From the NCBI GenBank assembly GCA_963666285.1, contig OY762711.1: 64,000 nucleotides of DNA. One strand, given 5' to 3'. Origin of the DNA: Sedimentisphaerales bacterium. Its GTDB lineage: Bacteria > Planctomycetota > Phycisphaerae > Sedimentisphaerales > SM23-30. Under the pieces are notes generated by a model, which worked only from the letters and a program-made list of their open reading frames with translations, was not told where the DNA came from and did not search any database. Both the position numbers and the translations under genes were made by a program. This document shows, piece after piece, positions 9,845-19,973 of the stretch (position 1 is its first letter; each line of letters begins with the position of its first letter).

Positions 9845-11040
9845 CTTCGCTTCTCTCTTCTCCCTCTTCTCGGTGTCCATCTGCGTGAATCTGGTTCGGC
9901 TTTTCGGCATAGCCGTTTAAAACAAACTATCTGCGAATGCGGTCACCTCCATTACACGTTTTATTATACCCTTTACACTTTTAAAGCCTATGTCTTGACA
10001 CTCAACCGTTACCCATGTCCTGAACGAATTGGTTTAAACCTCTCACTTCTCGCTTCTTTCTTCTAACTCTTCTCATCCTTCAGATGCCGCAATTTTGATT
10101 GAACTTTACCTACGCGTTAGCCTTAAAACAAACCGTGAGCGACAGCGAATTATTCCTGATGTCAACGTACATCAGGACACCTCAATTCTTCACCCGCTTG
10201 CGACATGCGAAGCATACTTAGTTCTTCGTTCTTCACTCAATTATCTGGTTGGCCCAATTTTAAAAATAACAACTTACGTCAACCAACTCTCAAATCCGCG
10301 ATTCGCCGCAACTCTTTCCTGAACCCGCCATGCATTCGTTCTTATATCCCCGCACTCTTCTATTTCATTCCGTTTTTTAACCTCTCCTTCACCCGCCACT
10401 CTCACTTATAAATCAATTAGCCTCGGCCAAGCCGTTACCTTCCCTAATACCAAATACCCAACACCTAATACCTTCTTTCCCCCTGGGAACGCTGAGCACA
10501 AGCTCGGCACACTATTTAAAACAGGTCGCGTAAGCGACACCTTTTACCTCTTACTTTTTACCTGCCTTCCCATCTCCGCTTCGTCCCCGTCCGTATACCG
10601 CCGCACCCATTCAACGTTCCGCCGTATACTGCCCGCGGCCCGCAATTCACCGCCGCTCAAATCCGTACCCCTTTTCACCGCCGTACACCCGCCGCGCTGC
10701 CCCGTATATATGCCGCACTCCCTCCGTCCCCCATCAATCTGCCGCGAGCGTCAGCGAGCAACCTTCCCTGGCACCTGAAACCAGATCCCTGACCCCTGAT
10801 TTTCTCGAAAAAATCACCGCGTTTTTACAACCACCAAAACGCGAAAATCTAAAATCTTCAAAAATTTTATCCACTTTACCATCAACACCTTACAATCTTC
10901 CACACCAACTATCCCGCCCAATAAATCAGCGCACTTTCGACATACCGTCCAATTGTAGAGAGCTAATAAAAAATGAGAACCAACAAAAATCAGCTCTCGC
11001 TAAAACATAACAACGACGAAAACTTCGTCTTTAACATAAA
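9845..11040. repeat. Non-coding mosaic repeat, copy A
   Basis: 9910..10541 aligns with the reverse complement of 47152..47637; 10542..11040 with the reverse complement of 44953..45460. Confidence 0.9.
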
Positions 11041-11108
11041 AAAGTGATCTATAAAAATCGAATATTGAAGCTTGTTTTTATGCTGTGCTATACCGTATCA
11101 TTTAGCGT

Positions 11109-11900
11109 ATGACAAACAAGATAACAATCATGGGCAGCGGCACAAGTATGGGCGTACCAAGGGTAGGCTGCCATTGCGAGGTATGCACCAGTACCGACCC
11201 TCGCGATAAACGTTCACGTAGCAGTAGTTTAGTAGAGATCAACGGCAAACGAATTCTTATCGACACTCCGCCCGAACTTAGACTGCAATGCCTGGCAAAC
11301 AATATCCACAATATCGATGCATGTCTCATAACGCACGCTCACGCCGACCATATCATGGGCATGGACGATCTTCGTGGATTTACTAAATCTCAAAAGAAGC
11401 CGCTTGACGTTTGGGTTAGTTCTCTCCATTATGAAAATGTTCAAAGGATATTCGGCTATACCGACGTCAAATACACTGGCGGCAATAAAGACCTGCCTCA
11501 ACTGATATTCCGGCAATTTCCACCTGACAGACTATTCCAGATCTCTGACATCGACATCGTTCCCATTGAGCTCGACCATGTGACAGTTAACAACGTTGGT
11601 AAGATGAAATCTATCGGGTTCCGGTTTGGCGATCTGGGCTATTGCACCGATCTCAGCGGCATGACCGATTCTCAAATCGAGATTCTGAAAGGCGTTAAAG
11701 TACTAATCTTAGGCGTGTTACGGCATAAACCCCATCCCGCACACCTTAATACCGACCAGGCAATACAAATCAGCAGGGCTATCGGTGCCGAACGGACATT
11801 CTTTACCCATCTCGGCCATAAGATTCTCCACGAACGTGAGGAGCGGCTGCTACCGGACAATATCCGGATAGCTTATGACGGGCTTACTATCGAGTGGTAA
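11109..11900 (+). CDS. MBL-fold metallo-hydrolase, PhnP-like
   Basis: GSGTSMGVP, C.CEVC, THAHADH..G.DDLR, THLGH, AYDG. Confidence 0.88.
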   Translation: MTNKITIMGSGTSMGVPRVGCHCEVCTSTDPRDKRSRSSSLVEINGKRILIDTPPELRLQCLANNIHNIDACLITHAHADHIMGMDDLRGFTKSQKKPLDVWVSSLHYENVQRIFGYTDVKYTGGNKDLPQLIFRQFPPDRLFQISDIDIVPIELDHVTVNNVGKMKSIGFRFGDLGYCTDLSGMTDSQIEILKGVKVLILGVLRHKPHPAHLNTDQAIQISRAIGAERTFFTHLGHKILHEREERLLPDNIRIAYDGLTIEW

Positions 11901-11943
11901 GACCAGCACGATTCCATACTTGCCTTATTATTCAAAGAAAAAA

Positions 11944-11972
11944 ACAACCTGCCAAAATATATGACAGGTTGT
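11944..11972. terminator. Probable terminator hairpin between convergent genes
   Basis: ACAACCTG...CAGGTTGT, preceded by an A run. Confidence 0.55.
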
Positions 11973-12094
11973 AATAAAGTTTCATGACGCGAAGCTATTA
12001 AAATAAGCTGTGAGCCGTCAGGTGAACACCGCAGCTCTTCACTCTTAGTTTTTCACTCTTCACTTCTTATCAAACTGACCTCGGTTAGTTTGAG

Positions 12095-14494
12095 CTAGTT
12101 ACAATAACTTTCCGGATAATAACCGCAGTCCAGCCAGCTGGAGGCTATCACTGACATGTCTTCCAGGTTGACCAGACAGTCGCCGGTTATATCTCCCAAT
12201 GGCGTTGAACTGCATGTTGCACAAGTAGCTATCACTGGCAGTATCAACTCTGGCGTATCGGGATCGTTACTGTAAATTGTTATATTGTCGGAATATGATA
12301 TTTCACTTTCACAAACCGCACTGCAATCACTGGCCAGGCATATTGTTAATGTCGAATTCGGCAGTATCTCTATAGGAAACTGCATATCGATAGTTAGCCA
12401 TGCAGGCAGGTTGATGCCGCTGATGCTGAGTGTTTGGCCGCCTGTGTTATTGATCGATATTGACTCGCCGTCGCATGGGTATGCGGCTTCGAGTGCACTT
12501 TCAAGGTTGATAAGTGGGGTATAGATATCCGATTTGGGGTCATAAGTCATGGTTCCGGTATCAACCAGCAGGTTTCTTATTTCGCTTGGACTGAGGTAAC
12601 TACCGGTATTTTGGTATGAATACTGCTGGATGACGGCGACTACGCCCGCAACATAAGGTGTTGCGGCAGATGTACCCGCGAAACCTGTTGTATAGTCAGA
12701 GGAGTTATCATAACCGCCAGAACCGGTTATGTCTGTTGTTGTTACAGAATACGATGGGGCCAGTACATCTAGAATATCTGCTGAGTTTGAATAGCAGTTA
12801 ACTTCGCCGGATATCGCGTTGGTATCGTAGCATATATAGCCGGTATCGCATTCGGGATAGGATTCGGCGATACATGATGTGGAATCTATGCACCAGCCGC
12901 CAGATGATAATGACCTGTCATAAACTGCTCCAACCGAGATAATGGTACTTATACACGCTGGTTCGGATATCGAATCACAGTAGCCTTCATTTCCTGATGC
13001 GGCAACGATGGTAATACCTGCATTTGTGGCGTTACCGGCTGCTGTTGTAAGCAGCACAGTGCTATTGTCGCAGATATTACTGAACTTGCTGCCGCCGAGA
13101 CTGACGCTGATGACCATGATCGGATTGTCTTGATCGGCATATTGATTCGTAACGCACCAGTCCCAGGATGCGGCAATTGAATCATCATACATATATTCTT
13201 CAGAGCCTTCGGTTACTTTTAACGCATATAGCTTCGCTCCTGGAGCAACTCCGCCTATATAGTCGCCGTAGCTGCCGATGAAGCCGGCGGCAATACCCGC
13301 ACAGGCGGTGCCATGTGCTTCGTAATATGGATAAGGATCTGAATCATCATCTCCGAAGTCATAACCGCCTATAACCTTGTCATTTGGAAAACTTGCACCG
13401 CCCAGCATTGGGTGAGTATAGTCGATGCCGGTATCACAGATTGCGATAGATATGCCGCTGCCGGTAGTGGCGGAACGGCTGTCGAAAGCGTTAATAAGCG
13501 GCAGTCCCTGCGCGGTAAAGCATTTATACTTTCTGGCTGGTTCGATTGAAGCTATATTATCTTCTGCCAAAAGATCGTTGAGCTGATCGACTGTAACATT
13601 CGCAGAAAACGATGGAATATTATCATATTCGTGATGTGTTTTGAAACTTTTTTTGCCTTTATACTTGTCTAGTACAACATCGCGAACCTGTTTGACTTTT
13701 GAGCGAAATGCTTTTGTGCTTTTACCTTTTACCAGGGCAGCTTTTGTATCAGCAACAAGTGATTCTTTGAGATTTACTATCACTCTTGCTGTTCCCTGTT
13801 CATCAAACATTTCATTTATTGCTTCTTTGTCGATTAACCGGGAAGTTGATTCCTTTTGTTGGGTACTGCTTGACGCTGCCAGGGTAGAAACCGATTGACT
13901 ATCGCTGCAGTCAATGTGAAGTTCGCTGGTACTAAGTGAGATATCTGGTTCAGCATTAGCATAGTAGACTTTTAAGGTCATTTCATTTAGCTGGCCGGTA
14001 TCGTCCTCCAATACGTCTCTAAATTGGTAAAACCATACCTGGTTTGGGTCATCGCCGGTAAATGTGGTAGTATTTGTAATAGTTTCATCAATATCTTCAA
14101 CGTTATTATCTAAATCTGAACTGTGGATAGACCATAGTTTTGTATCATTTTCTAGCTGGATGTCGAGATCGCCGGTGTAGGTATGAGTGTATGAATGAGA
14201 TATTTCTACTTTCGTAACAGCTTTTCCTACTGGAATTATTCCATTTGGGTCACAGCTGATTATGGTCCAGTTAAGATTTTCATCTGGTATATAAATTGGC
14301 CCGGTATATGTCCAGGTTGCAACGTATTCGATTGCTTGCGGTGTGATTTTACCCGCCAGGTTGACCGAACCGGTATGATTTTCTACGAGATGAATCTCTG
14401 GCTGGTTCAAAATGATAGTATCAGCTCGGCTGGAGGTGGAAATGGATATAGAGACAAATAACGCAAGTAATATGAAGAATAGGCTTTTATTCAT
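12095..14494 (-). CDS. Secreted S8 subtilase with N-terminal P-domain, I9-like propeptide, Ig-like and dockerin-like domains
   Basis: Triad CDTGID / HGTACAG / GTSAATP; AASGNEG; HTYTGDLDIQL..DTGQL; GDITGDCLVNLED. Confidence 0.9.
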   Translation of the reverse strand: MNKSLFFILLALFVSISISTSSRADTIILNQPEIHLVENHTGSVNLAGKITPQAIEYVATWTYTGPIYIPDENLNWTIISCDPNGIIPVGKAVTKVEISHSYTHTYTGDLDIQLENDTKLWSIHSSDLDNNVEDIDETITNTTTFTGDDPNQVWFYQFRDVLEDDTGQLNEMTLKVYYANAEPDISLSTSELHIDCSDSQSVSTLAASSSTQQKESTSRLIDKEAINEMFDEQGTARVIVNLKESLVADTKAALVKGKSTKAFRSKVKQVRDVVLDKYKGKKSFKTHHEYDNIPSFSANVTVDQLNDLLAEDNIASIEPARKYKCFTAQGLPLINAFDSRSATTGSGISIAICDTGIDYTHPMLGGASFPNDKVIGGYDFGDDDSDPYPYYEAHGTACAGIAAGFIGSYGDYIGGVAPGAKLYALKVTEGSEEYMYDDSIAASWDWCVTNQYADQDNPIMVISVSLGGSKFSNICDNSTVLLTTAAGNATNAGITIVAASGNEGYCDSISEPACISTIISVGAVYDRSLSSGGWCIDSTSCIAESYPECDTGYICYDTNAISGEVNCYSNSADILDVLAPSYSVTTTDITGSGGYDNSSDYTTGFAGTSAATPYVAGVVAVIQQYSYQNTGSYLSPSEIRNLLVDTGTMTYDPKSDIYTPLINLESALEAAYPCDGESISINNTGGQTLSISGINLPAWLTIDMQFPIEILPNSTLTICLASDCSAVCESEISYSDNITIYSNDPDTPELILPVIATCATCSSTPLGDITGDCLVNLEDMSVIASSWLDCGYYPESYCN

Positions 14495-14784
14495 TAATTT
14501 CTCCTCATTTTTCTTTTCTTTTCATTTCCTTGGAACTCAATTATATTGATATAATTTGATTATATCTAAATAGTTATATCATTCCAAAGATAAATAATCA
14601 AATTGGCTATTTGTATGAATAATATCGGTGTTTTCGATGATGGACTTTGGAGTATTTTTTATAATTCGTTTTAATTATTGTATTTATGGTCTGTTGTGCC
14701 GGTTGTTAAAAAGGGGGGAGTCTACTTGAGGAATTGGCCGAATTTTGTAATATGTGGCGTAAGTTATTAATTTGTATGCCCATT

Positions 14785-15774
14785 TTATTCGGCAAGTATC
14801 TGGTCTATGAGTTTTAGTTCATCATGAGAGAACTCTATATTGTTTAGAGCAGCGACGTTGTCCAATATTTGTTGTGAGCTGCTGGCTCCGATCAAAACAG
14901 AGGTTACCGCCGGCTCACGGGCAACCCAAGCGAGAGCCATTTGTGCCATAGTCTGGCTGCGTTTTGTTGCTAAGTCGTTTAGCTTTGTTACCTTACCGAG
15001 CAGCTCCTGGGTGATCTGCTCTCTTTTGAGAAATTCACTTTTTGTGGCTCGTGACCCGTCTGGTATGCCCTTGAGGTATTTGTCGGTTAGCATGCCGCCG
15101 GCCAGGGGCGAAAAAGCGATGATTCCCATGCCAAGGTCCTGGGCTATGTCGAAGACATCATCGTCTTTGAATGGGTGTATCAGCATTGAATGTCGCAGCT
15201 GCTCAACGATACAAGGCACATTTCTTTCTGTTAGAATTGCGTGCATATCACGTGCATCTTCTTTATAGTATTTTGATATGCCGATATATAGTGCTTTGCC
15301 GGAGCGAACTATCTGCTCCAGTGCTTCAGCTGTTTCTTCCATAGGTGTTTCAGGGGTAGGGCGATGATGGTAAAAAATGTCGACATAGTCAAGCCCCATA
15401 CGTTTTAGGCTCTGGTTTAGACTGCTGATGAGGTATTTTTTGCTGCCGCCGTCTCCATATGGCCCCGGCCACATATAATGCCCGGCTTTGGTGGCGATAC
15501 AGAGTTCATCGCGATATTCTGCCAGGTCTTGTTTGAGTATCTGACCGAAGGTGGTTTCTGCTGCTCCCGGCGGTGGGCCGTAATTATTAGCCAGGTCAAT
15601 GTGGTTTATGCCGTGGTCAAAAGCGGTAAAAATCATATTACGGCAATTTTCAAAGTCGTCTTCAGGGCCGAAATTATGCCAGAGCCCAAGTGAAATTGCC
15701 GAAATTTGCAGGCCTGATTGACCGCAAAAGTTGTATTGCATATTATCGTATCGATTGCTATTTGGTGTGTGCAT
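14785..15774 (-). CDS. yghZ: Aldo/keto reductase, L-glyceraldehyde-3-phosphate reductase family
   Basis: SLGLWHNFG, DLANNYGPPPG, WPGPYGDGGSKKYL, DIFYHHRP. Confidence 0.85.
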   Translation of the reverse strand: MHTPNSNRYDNMQYNFCGQSGLQISAISLGLWHNFGPEDDFENCRNMIFTAFDHGINHIDLANNYGPPPGAAETTFGQILKQDLAEYRDELCIATKAGHYMWPGPYGDGGSKKYLISSLNQSLKRMGLDYVDIFYHHRPTPETPMEETAEALEQIVRSGKALYIGISKYYKEDARDMHAILTERNVPCIVEQLRHSMLIHPFKDDDVFDIAQDLGMGIIAFSPLAGGMLTDKYLKGIPDGSRATKSEFLKREQITQELLGKVTKLNDLATKRSQTMAQMALAWVAREPAVTSVLIGASSSQQILDNVAALNNIEFSHDELKLIDQILAE

Positions 15775-15782
15775 GATAGTAC

Positions 15783-17573
15783 TTAAATCTTGATGTTAGA
15801 GTTATCTTTGTTCCCCATTTTCAATAGACTTTTGATAATTATTATAGTGTCTGGGGAGCCATTTGAATAGTTAAAACCAGAAACTGTCGATATTTGCTGA
15901 TTTTTCACAAGTTCGGGAGCTATTTTATTATAAGCTTCCTGTGAGATTATAAGAATGGCATTTTGAGTGGAGTTAAACCATTTGACAGCCTGTTTGCTGT
16001 TTAGCGGTTCAATATGACGTGCGATGTAGAAGTTTAATGAAGGTTCTTTATAGGAGCAGTATCCTACCGGATCAGAGGCGTCAGAGTTATTAATAACGGC
16101 TTTGGCAACTTGTGGTGATATTTTAGTTGAGTCGATAGCAGGCAATACGACAATCAGGATGACTGGAACAACAACAATTAGGGTGTTAACTAATGACCGG
16201 GTACTGTTTTGGGTGTCTTCTCGTAATTGGTATTTATTGATTTTGGTACCACCGATAAGCAATAATATGCCTGCTAAGGGGCCGGCGATATATGACAGTA
16301 AGCCGGATTTTATGATAAATGGCAGGGCGATAAGTGCAAGAGCAAAAGCACTATTAATAATGCCAAAGAACCATATCCCGCCGCGTAGCCATTTTCTGTC
16401 CCGATTTGAAAGATTAACGTTATTTCTATCCAGCAGTGCGGCTGTAATGATAGCCAGTGCCGGAAATGAAAGTATAATATAGTGCGGCAGTTTAGTTGCT
16501 ATCAGGGTCATTAGAATAATAACAGGCATGATCCATCCCAGAACTAGCAGTTTCCCGGTAGAACCATTAAGTCGTGAGCCGAGCGAAGCAGAAATTGCCG
16601 CCGGCAGGTGCAGTGTCCATGGGAAGAAAATAAGAGGAATTACGACAAAATAATATGGCAGATACAGGAAGAAATTTCCGCCATGCGATTCCATTGCCGA
16701 AGTGGACCTGCCTATGACGTGCTTACCTATACCCATCCGGTAAAATTCGCCGTTAGTAGCGTTGTTAGCCGGTATTGCCCAGAGTAGAAATATACCGGCT
16801 GAAATAACCATTGCCAGTAAGGTCGGCCCAAAAATAGGCCAGAATCTTATGCCTTGCCTGCGTTTTAATAATAAGGTCGTCATGATTACTAGTGCTGGCA
16901 GATAGCCAACCGGCCCTTTAGCTAGAAGGGCAAAGGCAAACGCTGCTGCCATGTATATTGTGTCAACCGGTGAGACTTTTCCGCGGTCAAGAGAGCGGTA
17001 GAAAATCATAATAACTGCCGTCATTGCAGGCAACAATATAGAGTCTGCGGTTGCAAAGGTTCCGATTGTGAAAATCAGCAGGTTTGAAGCAAGAATTCCG
17101 ATAGCAATATATGCCGTGCGGGTACAGAATAGCCGTCTTGCGATAAAAAAAGTGAACAAACAGGTGAAAGCAGTCCCAAATGCGGCAATAAACCGTACGG
17201 GAAATGAGTGTGGTCCCAAAAAACTGAAAATTCGGACCGGTACCGACATGAGCCAGTATATCATGATAGGTTTGTCAGGTCTAAGTTCACCATTAAAAGT
17301 AGGATAGAGATAGTTGCCGGTCTCGACCATTTCATATGCGGCACTCGCAAAACGCGGCTCATCGCGGTCCCAGAGTGTCGATCTGGCAGCGGCAAACAGA
17401 TAAATGACAATGATAAATATAAGTATCAGAAAAAGTATTTTATATTGAGATACGCAGTTGATTGTTTCTTTATTACTCACGTTTGTTAAATTGTTTGGTG
17501 TATATTTTGCGAATGAATTTATCAGAGTGGATTTTAATATAATTAAGTTAAGTGTAAAAGTGAAAAAATGCAT
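15783..17573 (-). CDS. ArnT/GT83-like membrane glycosyltransferase (start uncertain)
   Basis: LWDRDEPRF, DKP..YW, LAKGPVG, FFPW, TKLPHYI; many TM helices. Confidence 0.85.
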   Translation of the reverse strand: MHFFTFTLNLIILKSTLINSFAKYTPNNLTNVSNKETINCVSQYKILFLILIFIIVIYLFAAARSTLWDRDEPRFASAAYEMVETGNYLYPTFNGELRPDKPIMIYWLMSVPVRIFSFLGPHSFPVRFIAAFGTAFTCLFTFFIARRLFCTRTAYIAIGILASNLLIFTIGTFATADSILLPAMTAVIMIFYRSLDRGKVSPVDTIYMAAAFAFALLAKGPVGYLPALVIMTTLLLKRRQGIRFWPIFGPTLLAMVISAGIFLLWAIPANNATNGEFYRMGIGKHVIGRSTSAMESHGGNFFLYLPYYFVVIPLIFFPWTLHLPAAISASLGSRLNGSTGKLLVLGWIMPVIILMTLIATKLPHYIILSFPALAIITAALLDRNNVNLSNRDRKWLRGGIWFFGIINSAFALALIALPFIIKSGLLSYIAGPLAGILLLIGGTKINKYQLREDTQNSTRSLVNTLIVVVPVILIVVLPAIDSTKISPQVAKAVINNSDASDPVGYCSYKEPSLNFYIARHIEPLNSKQAVKWFNSTQNAILIISQEAYNKIAPELVKNQQISTVSGFNYSNGSPDTIIIIKSLLKMGNKDNSNIKI

Positions 17574-17813
17574 GCATAGTTGTTTATTTTGAATAGTTTA
17601 TGGAGAAAATTTTAAATTTCTCTTTAGTAAGGGTTGCAGATTTGGTATATTGAATTTTAAGTGAATATTTAATTGAGAATTTAATATGGAGAAGAAGGGT
17701 ATATGGTTTCTAATTCTTTTGTAATTATTTGTTAAATAGACGCTTATGTATGTGTGTGCATAGTTGTTTCTAATGTTTAATTCTAATATTATCTTAAAAA
17801 TGGAGTTACGAAA

Positions 17814-18887
17814 ATGAAGAAAATTGCTGGAATTGTGATTGTTTTGCTTGCATTAGCGATAAGTTCTGAAGCAGCGGTGAAATATGAACTGGTTGACCTG
17901 GGTGTCCTGGATGGTTATCAATATAGCTGTGCAAAAGGGATAAATGAAAATGGTCAGGTGGTAGGTTATTGTAGAAATAGCGAAAGTGAAACAGCTTTTG
18001 CATTTGTCTGGGATAGTGAAAATGGTATGGTAGCTCTTGGTGATCTGGGCGGCGGAGTAAGTGCAGCAAATGCAATAAACAATAACGGTCAGATAGTCGG
18101 AGTAAGTTCAAATGCGGATGGTAATTATGAAGCGTTTCTCTGGGACAGTGTGAACGGTATGGTTGGCCTGGGTGATTTTGGTGGTAATGATAGTAGAGCT
18201 GTTGATATAAATGACTATGGAGTAGTAGTTGGAAGCAGTGTCAATTTGTCAGGTCAGACGGAAGGTTTTGTCTATGATCCGGCTGAAGGCATGCAGGTAT
18301 TTAATTCTTTTGGTGGAAGCCATACCGAGGTATGGGCAATTAATAACTCAGGACAGATTACAGGTGTTGCTAGAAATTCCAGTGGCGTTATGACAGCTTA
18401 TACTTTTGATAGTGAGAGTGGTTTGACCGATCTTGGACATCTTGGTGGATACGTAAGTTATGGAAATGATATTAACGAAAATGGTACAGTTGTTGGCTGG
18501 AGCCATAATTTTACTGATGGACTTGAAGGGTTTGTTTATGAGAATTCTGATATGGATGGAATAGGCATAATAGGTTCAACTAGTAATTTATTTTCAATAA
18601 ATGACAATGGCCAGGGAGTTGGGTATGATTTGGTTAATGGAGTTGATGAGAGAGCACTATTTTATGATAGCGAATTGGGTTTAGTATATCTTGATGACCT
18701 TATTGATCCAACTTTAGGATGGCAATTAAATATTGCCTGGGATAATAATAATTCCGGTATGATAGTCGGCTATGGAACAAATGATCTTGGTATCGAACAT
18801 GCATTTCTGCTAACGCCAGTACCGGAGCCGGGAACAATATGCCTGATCGGTTTTGGCGGTCTGGCACTGCTGAGGAGAAAGAAATAA
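17814..18887 (+). CDS. PEP-CTERM protein with HAF-type extracellular repeats
   Basis: Signal peptide; repeated A..IN..GQ.VG..AF.W...LG; ends VPEPGT-TM-RRKK. Confidence 0.9.
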   Translation: MKKIAGIVIVLLALAISSEAAVKYELVDLGVLDGYQYSCAKGINENGQVVGYCRNSESETAFAFVWDSENGMVALGDLGGGVSAANAINNNGQIVGVSSNADGNYEAFLWDSVNGMVGLGDFGGNDSRAVDINDYGVVVGSSVNLSGQTEGFVYDPAEGMQVFNSFGGSHTEVWAINNSGQITGVARNSSGVMTAYTFDSESGLTDLGHLGGYVSYGNDINENGTVVGWSHNFTDGLEGFVYENSDMDGIGIIGSTSNLFSINDNGQGVGYDLVNGVDERALFYDSELGLVYLDDLIDPTLGWQLNIAWDNNNSGMIVGYGTNDLGIEHAFLLTPVPEPGTICLIGFGGLALLRRKK

Positions 18888-18921
18888 CATAACTCACTTA
18901 ATTTTGTAGTTATAAAAATTG

Positions 18922-18952
18922 ACAGGGCTTGCATTTATGCGGCCCTGTTTTT
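18922..18952. terminator. Intrinsic terminator between convergent genes
   Basis: ACAGGGCT...GGCCCTGT then T run. Confidence 0.7.
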
Positions 18953-19973
18953 ATTTGCGCAGTTTTTTATATATGACTGACAGTACCCGGGTGGGGAAAT
19001 GATACATAGCAAGCGGCAGGGCAAGGAAAGATATTTTTAGTGCATGAAACAGTATTCTGAAATTGTCTGTTGGTGCGATACAATTATCTTTTAGATTAAG
19101 TGCGAGCCTGGCCCATTCTGATACCTGGTGGTTAATCGCCGGTAATTTAATCTTAAATGGAGCTTTGTAGTTTTTTAGAATGAAGTTCACTACGGTTAGT
19201 ACTTCGATAATGTGTGATCCCTGGTTTGAGGTCATATGTGCGGCTCGTGCGGAATTGTGATGGATTAACCGCATCTGGTTTAGAGGCTGCGGCAGGTAGA
19301 ATATATCACCATAGCCAAGCATACGGGCCCAGGTCATCCAGTCACCGGTAAGTTTGAAATTTTCAGGCGCTCCGCCTGCTTTGCTGTAAATTTCTTTTCT
19401 GAAAAGTACCGCAGAGGCATTTACTATGCCGGATGTGGATACAGTTTGCCGGAAGCAGTCTTCTATACCCGGTAATATACAGTTAGGAGCCCTGAAGTCA
19501 GGGTATTTAACTTCATAGTTGTAGAGAATATTATTTTCCTGATCGATAATCTCTGACTGGCATTTCACCAGAGCCAGGCTTGGGTTCTGGTCGAGTACCG
19601 GAACAAGTATCTCGAGGAATTCCGGGTAAGCATAGTCGTCAGATTCAGCAAACCAGATAAATTCACCGGATGCGAGAGAAACCCCTTTATTCCACTGGGG
19701 AAAAGTGCTGCCGGAATTTTGCCGGTTGTAAACAATATTGGTTACTTTTGGATTATTGCGGTATTTTTCGATTATGTCTCGACTGTTGTCGACCGAACAG
19801 TCATCAAGAATAATAACTTCAAAATCAGGATAAGTTTGCGAAAGAACAGAGTCAATCCGCCGCTTTAGGAACTGAGCGTGGTTGTAGTTTGGTATGACAA
19901 CAGAAACTTTTGGCGGTTTATTTTCCAACACATTCTCCGATGATAGTTTCAATCTGGCCGACATAATTATCAA
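18951..19973 (-). CDS. Glycosyltransferase family 2
   Basis: VSVVIPNYNH, ILDDCSVD, WFAESDD. Confidence 0.9.
   Translation of the reverse strand: MIIMSARLKLSSENVLENKPPKVSVVIPNYNHAQFLKRRIDSVLSQTYPDFEVIILDDCSVDNSRDIIEKYRNNPKVTNIVYNRQNSGSTFPQWNKGVSLASGEFIWFAESDDYAYPEFLEILVPVLDQNPSLALVKCQSEIIDQENNILYNYEVKYPDFRAPNCILPGIEDCFRQTVSTSGIVNASAVLFRKEIYSKAGGAPENFKLTGDWMTWARMLGYGDIFYLPQPLNQMRLIHHNSARAAHMTSNQGSHIIEVLTVVNFILKNYKAPFKIKLPAINHQVSEWARLALNLKDNCIAPTDNFRILFHALKISFLALPLAMYHFPTRVLSVIYKKLRK

Noticed and set aside
9845..11040. CRISPR array reading of the mosaic repeats
   Set aside because: No constant repeat at regular spacing with unique spacers; no cas genes
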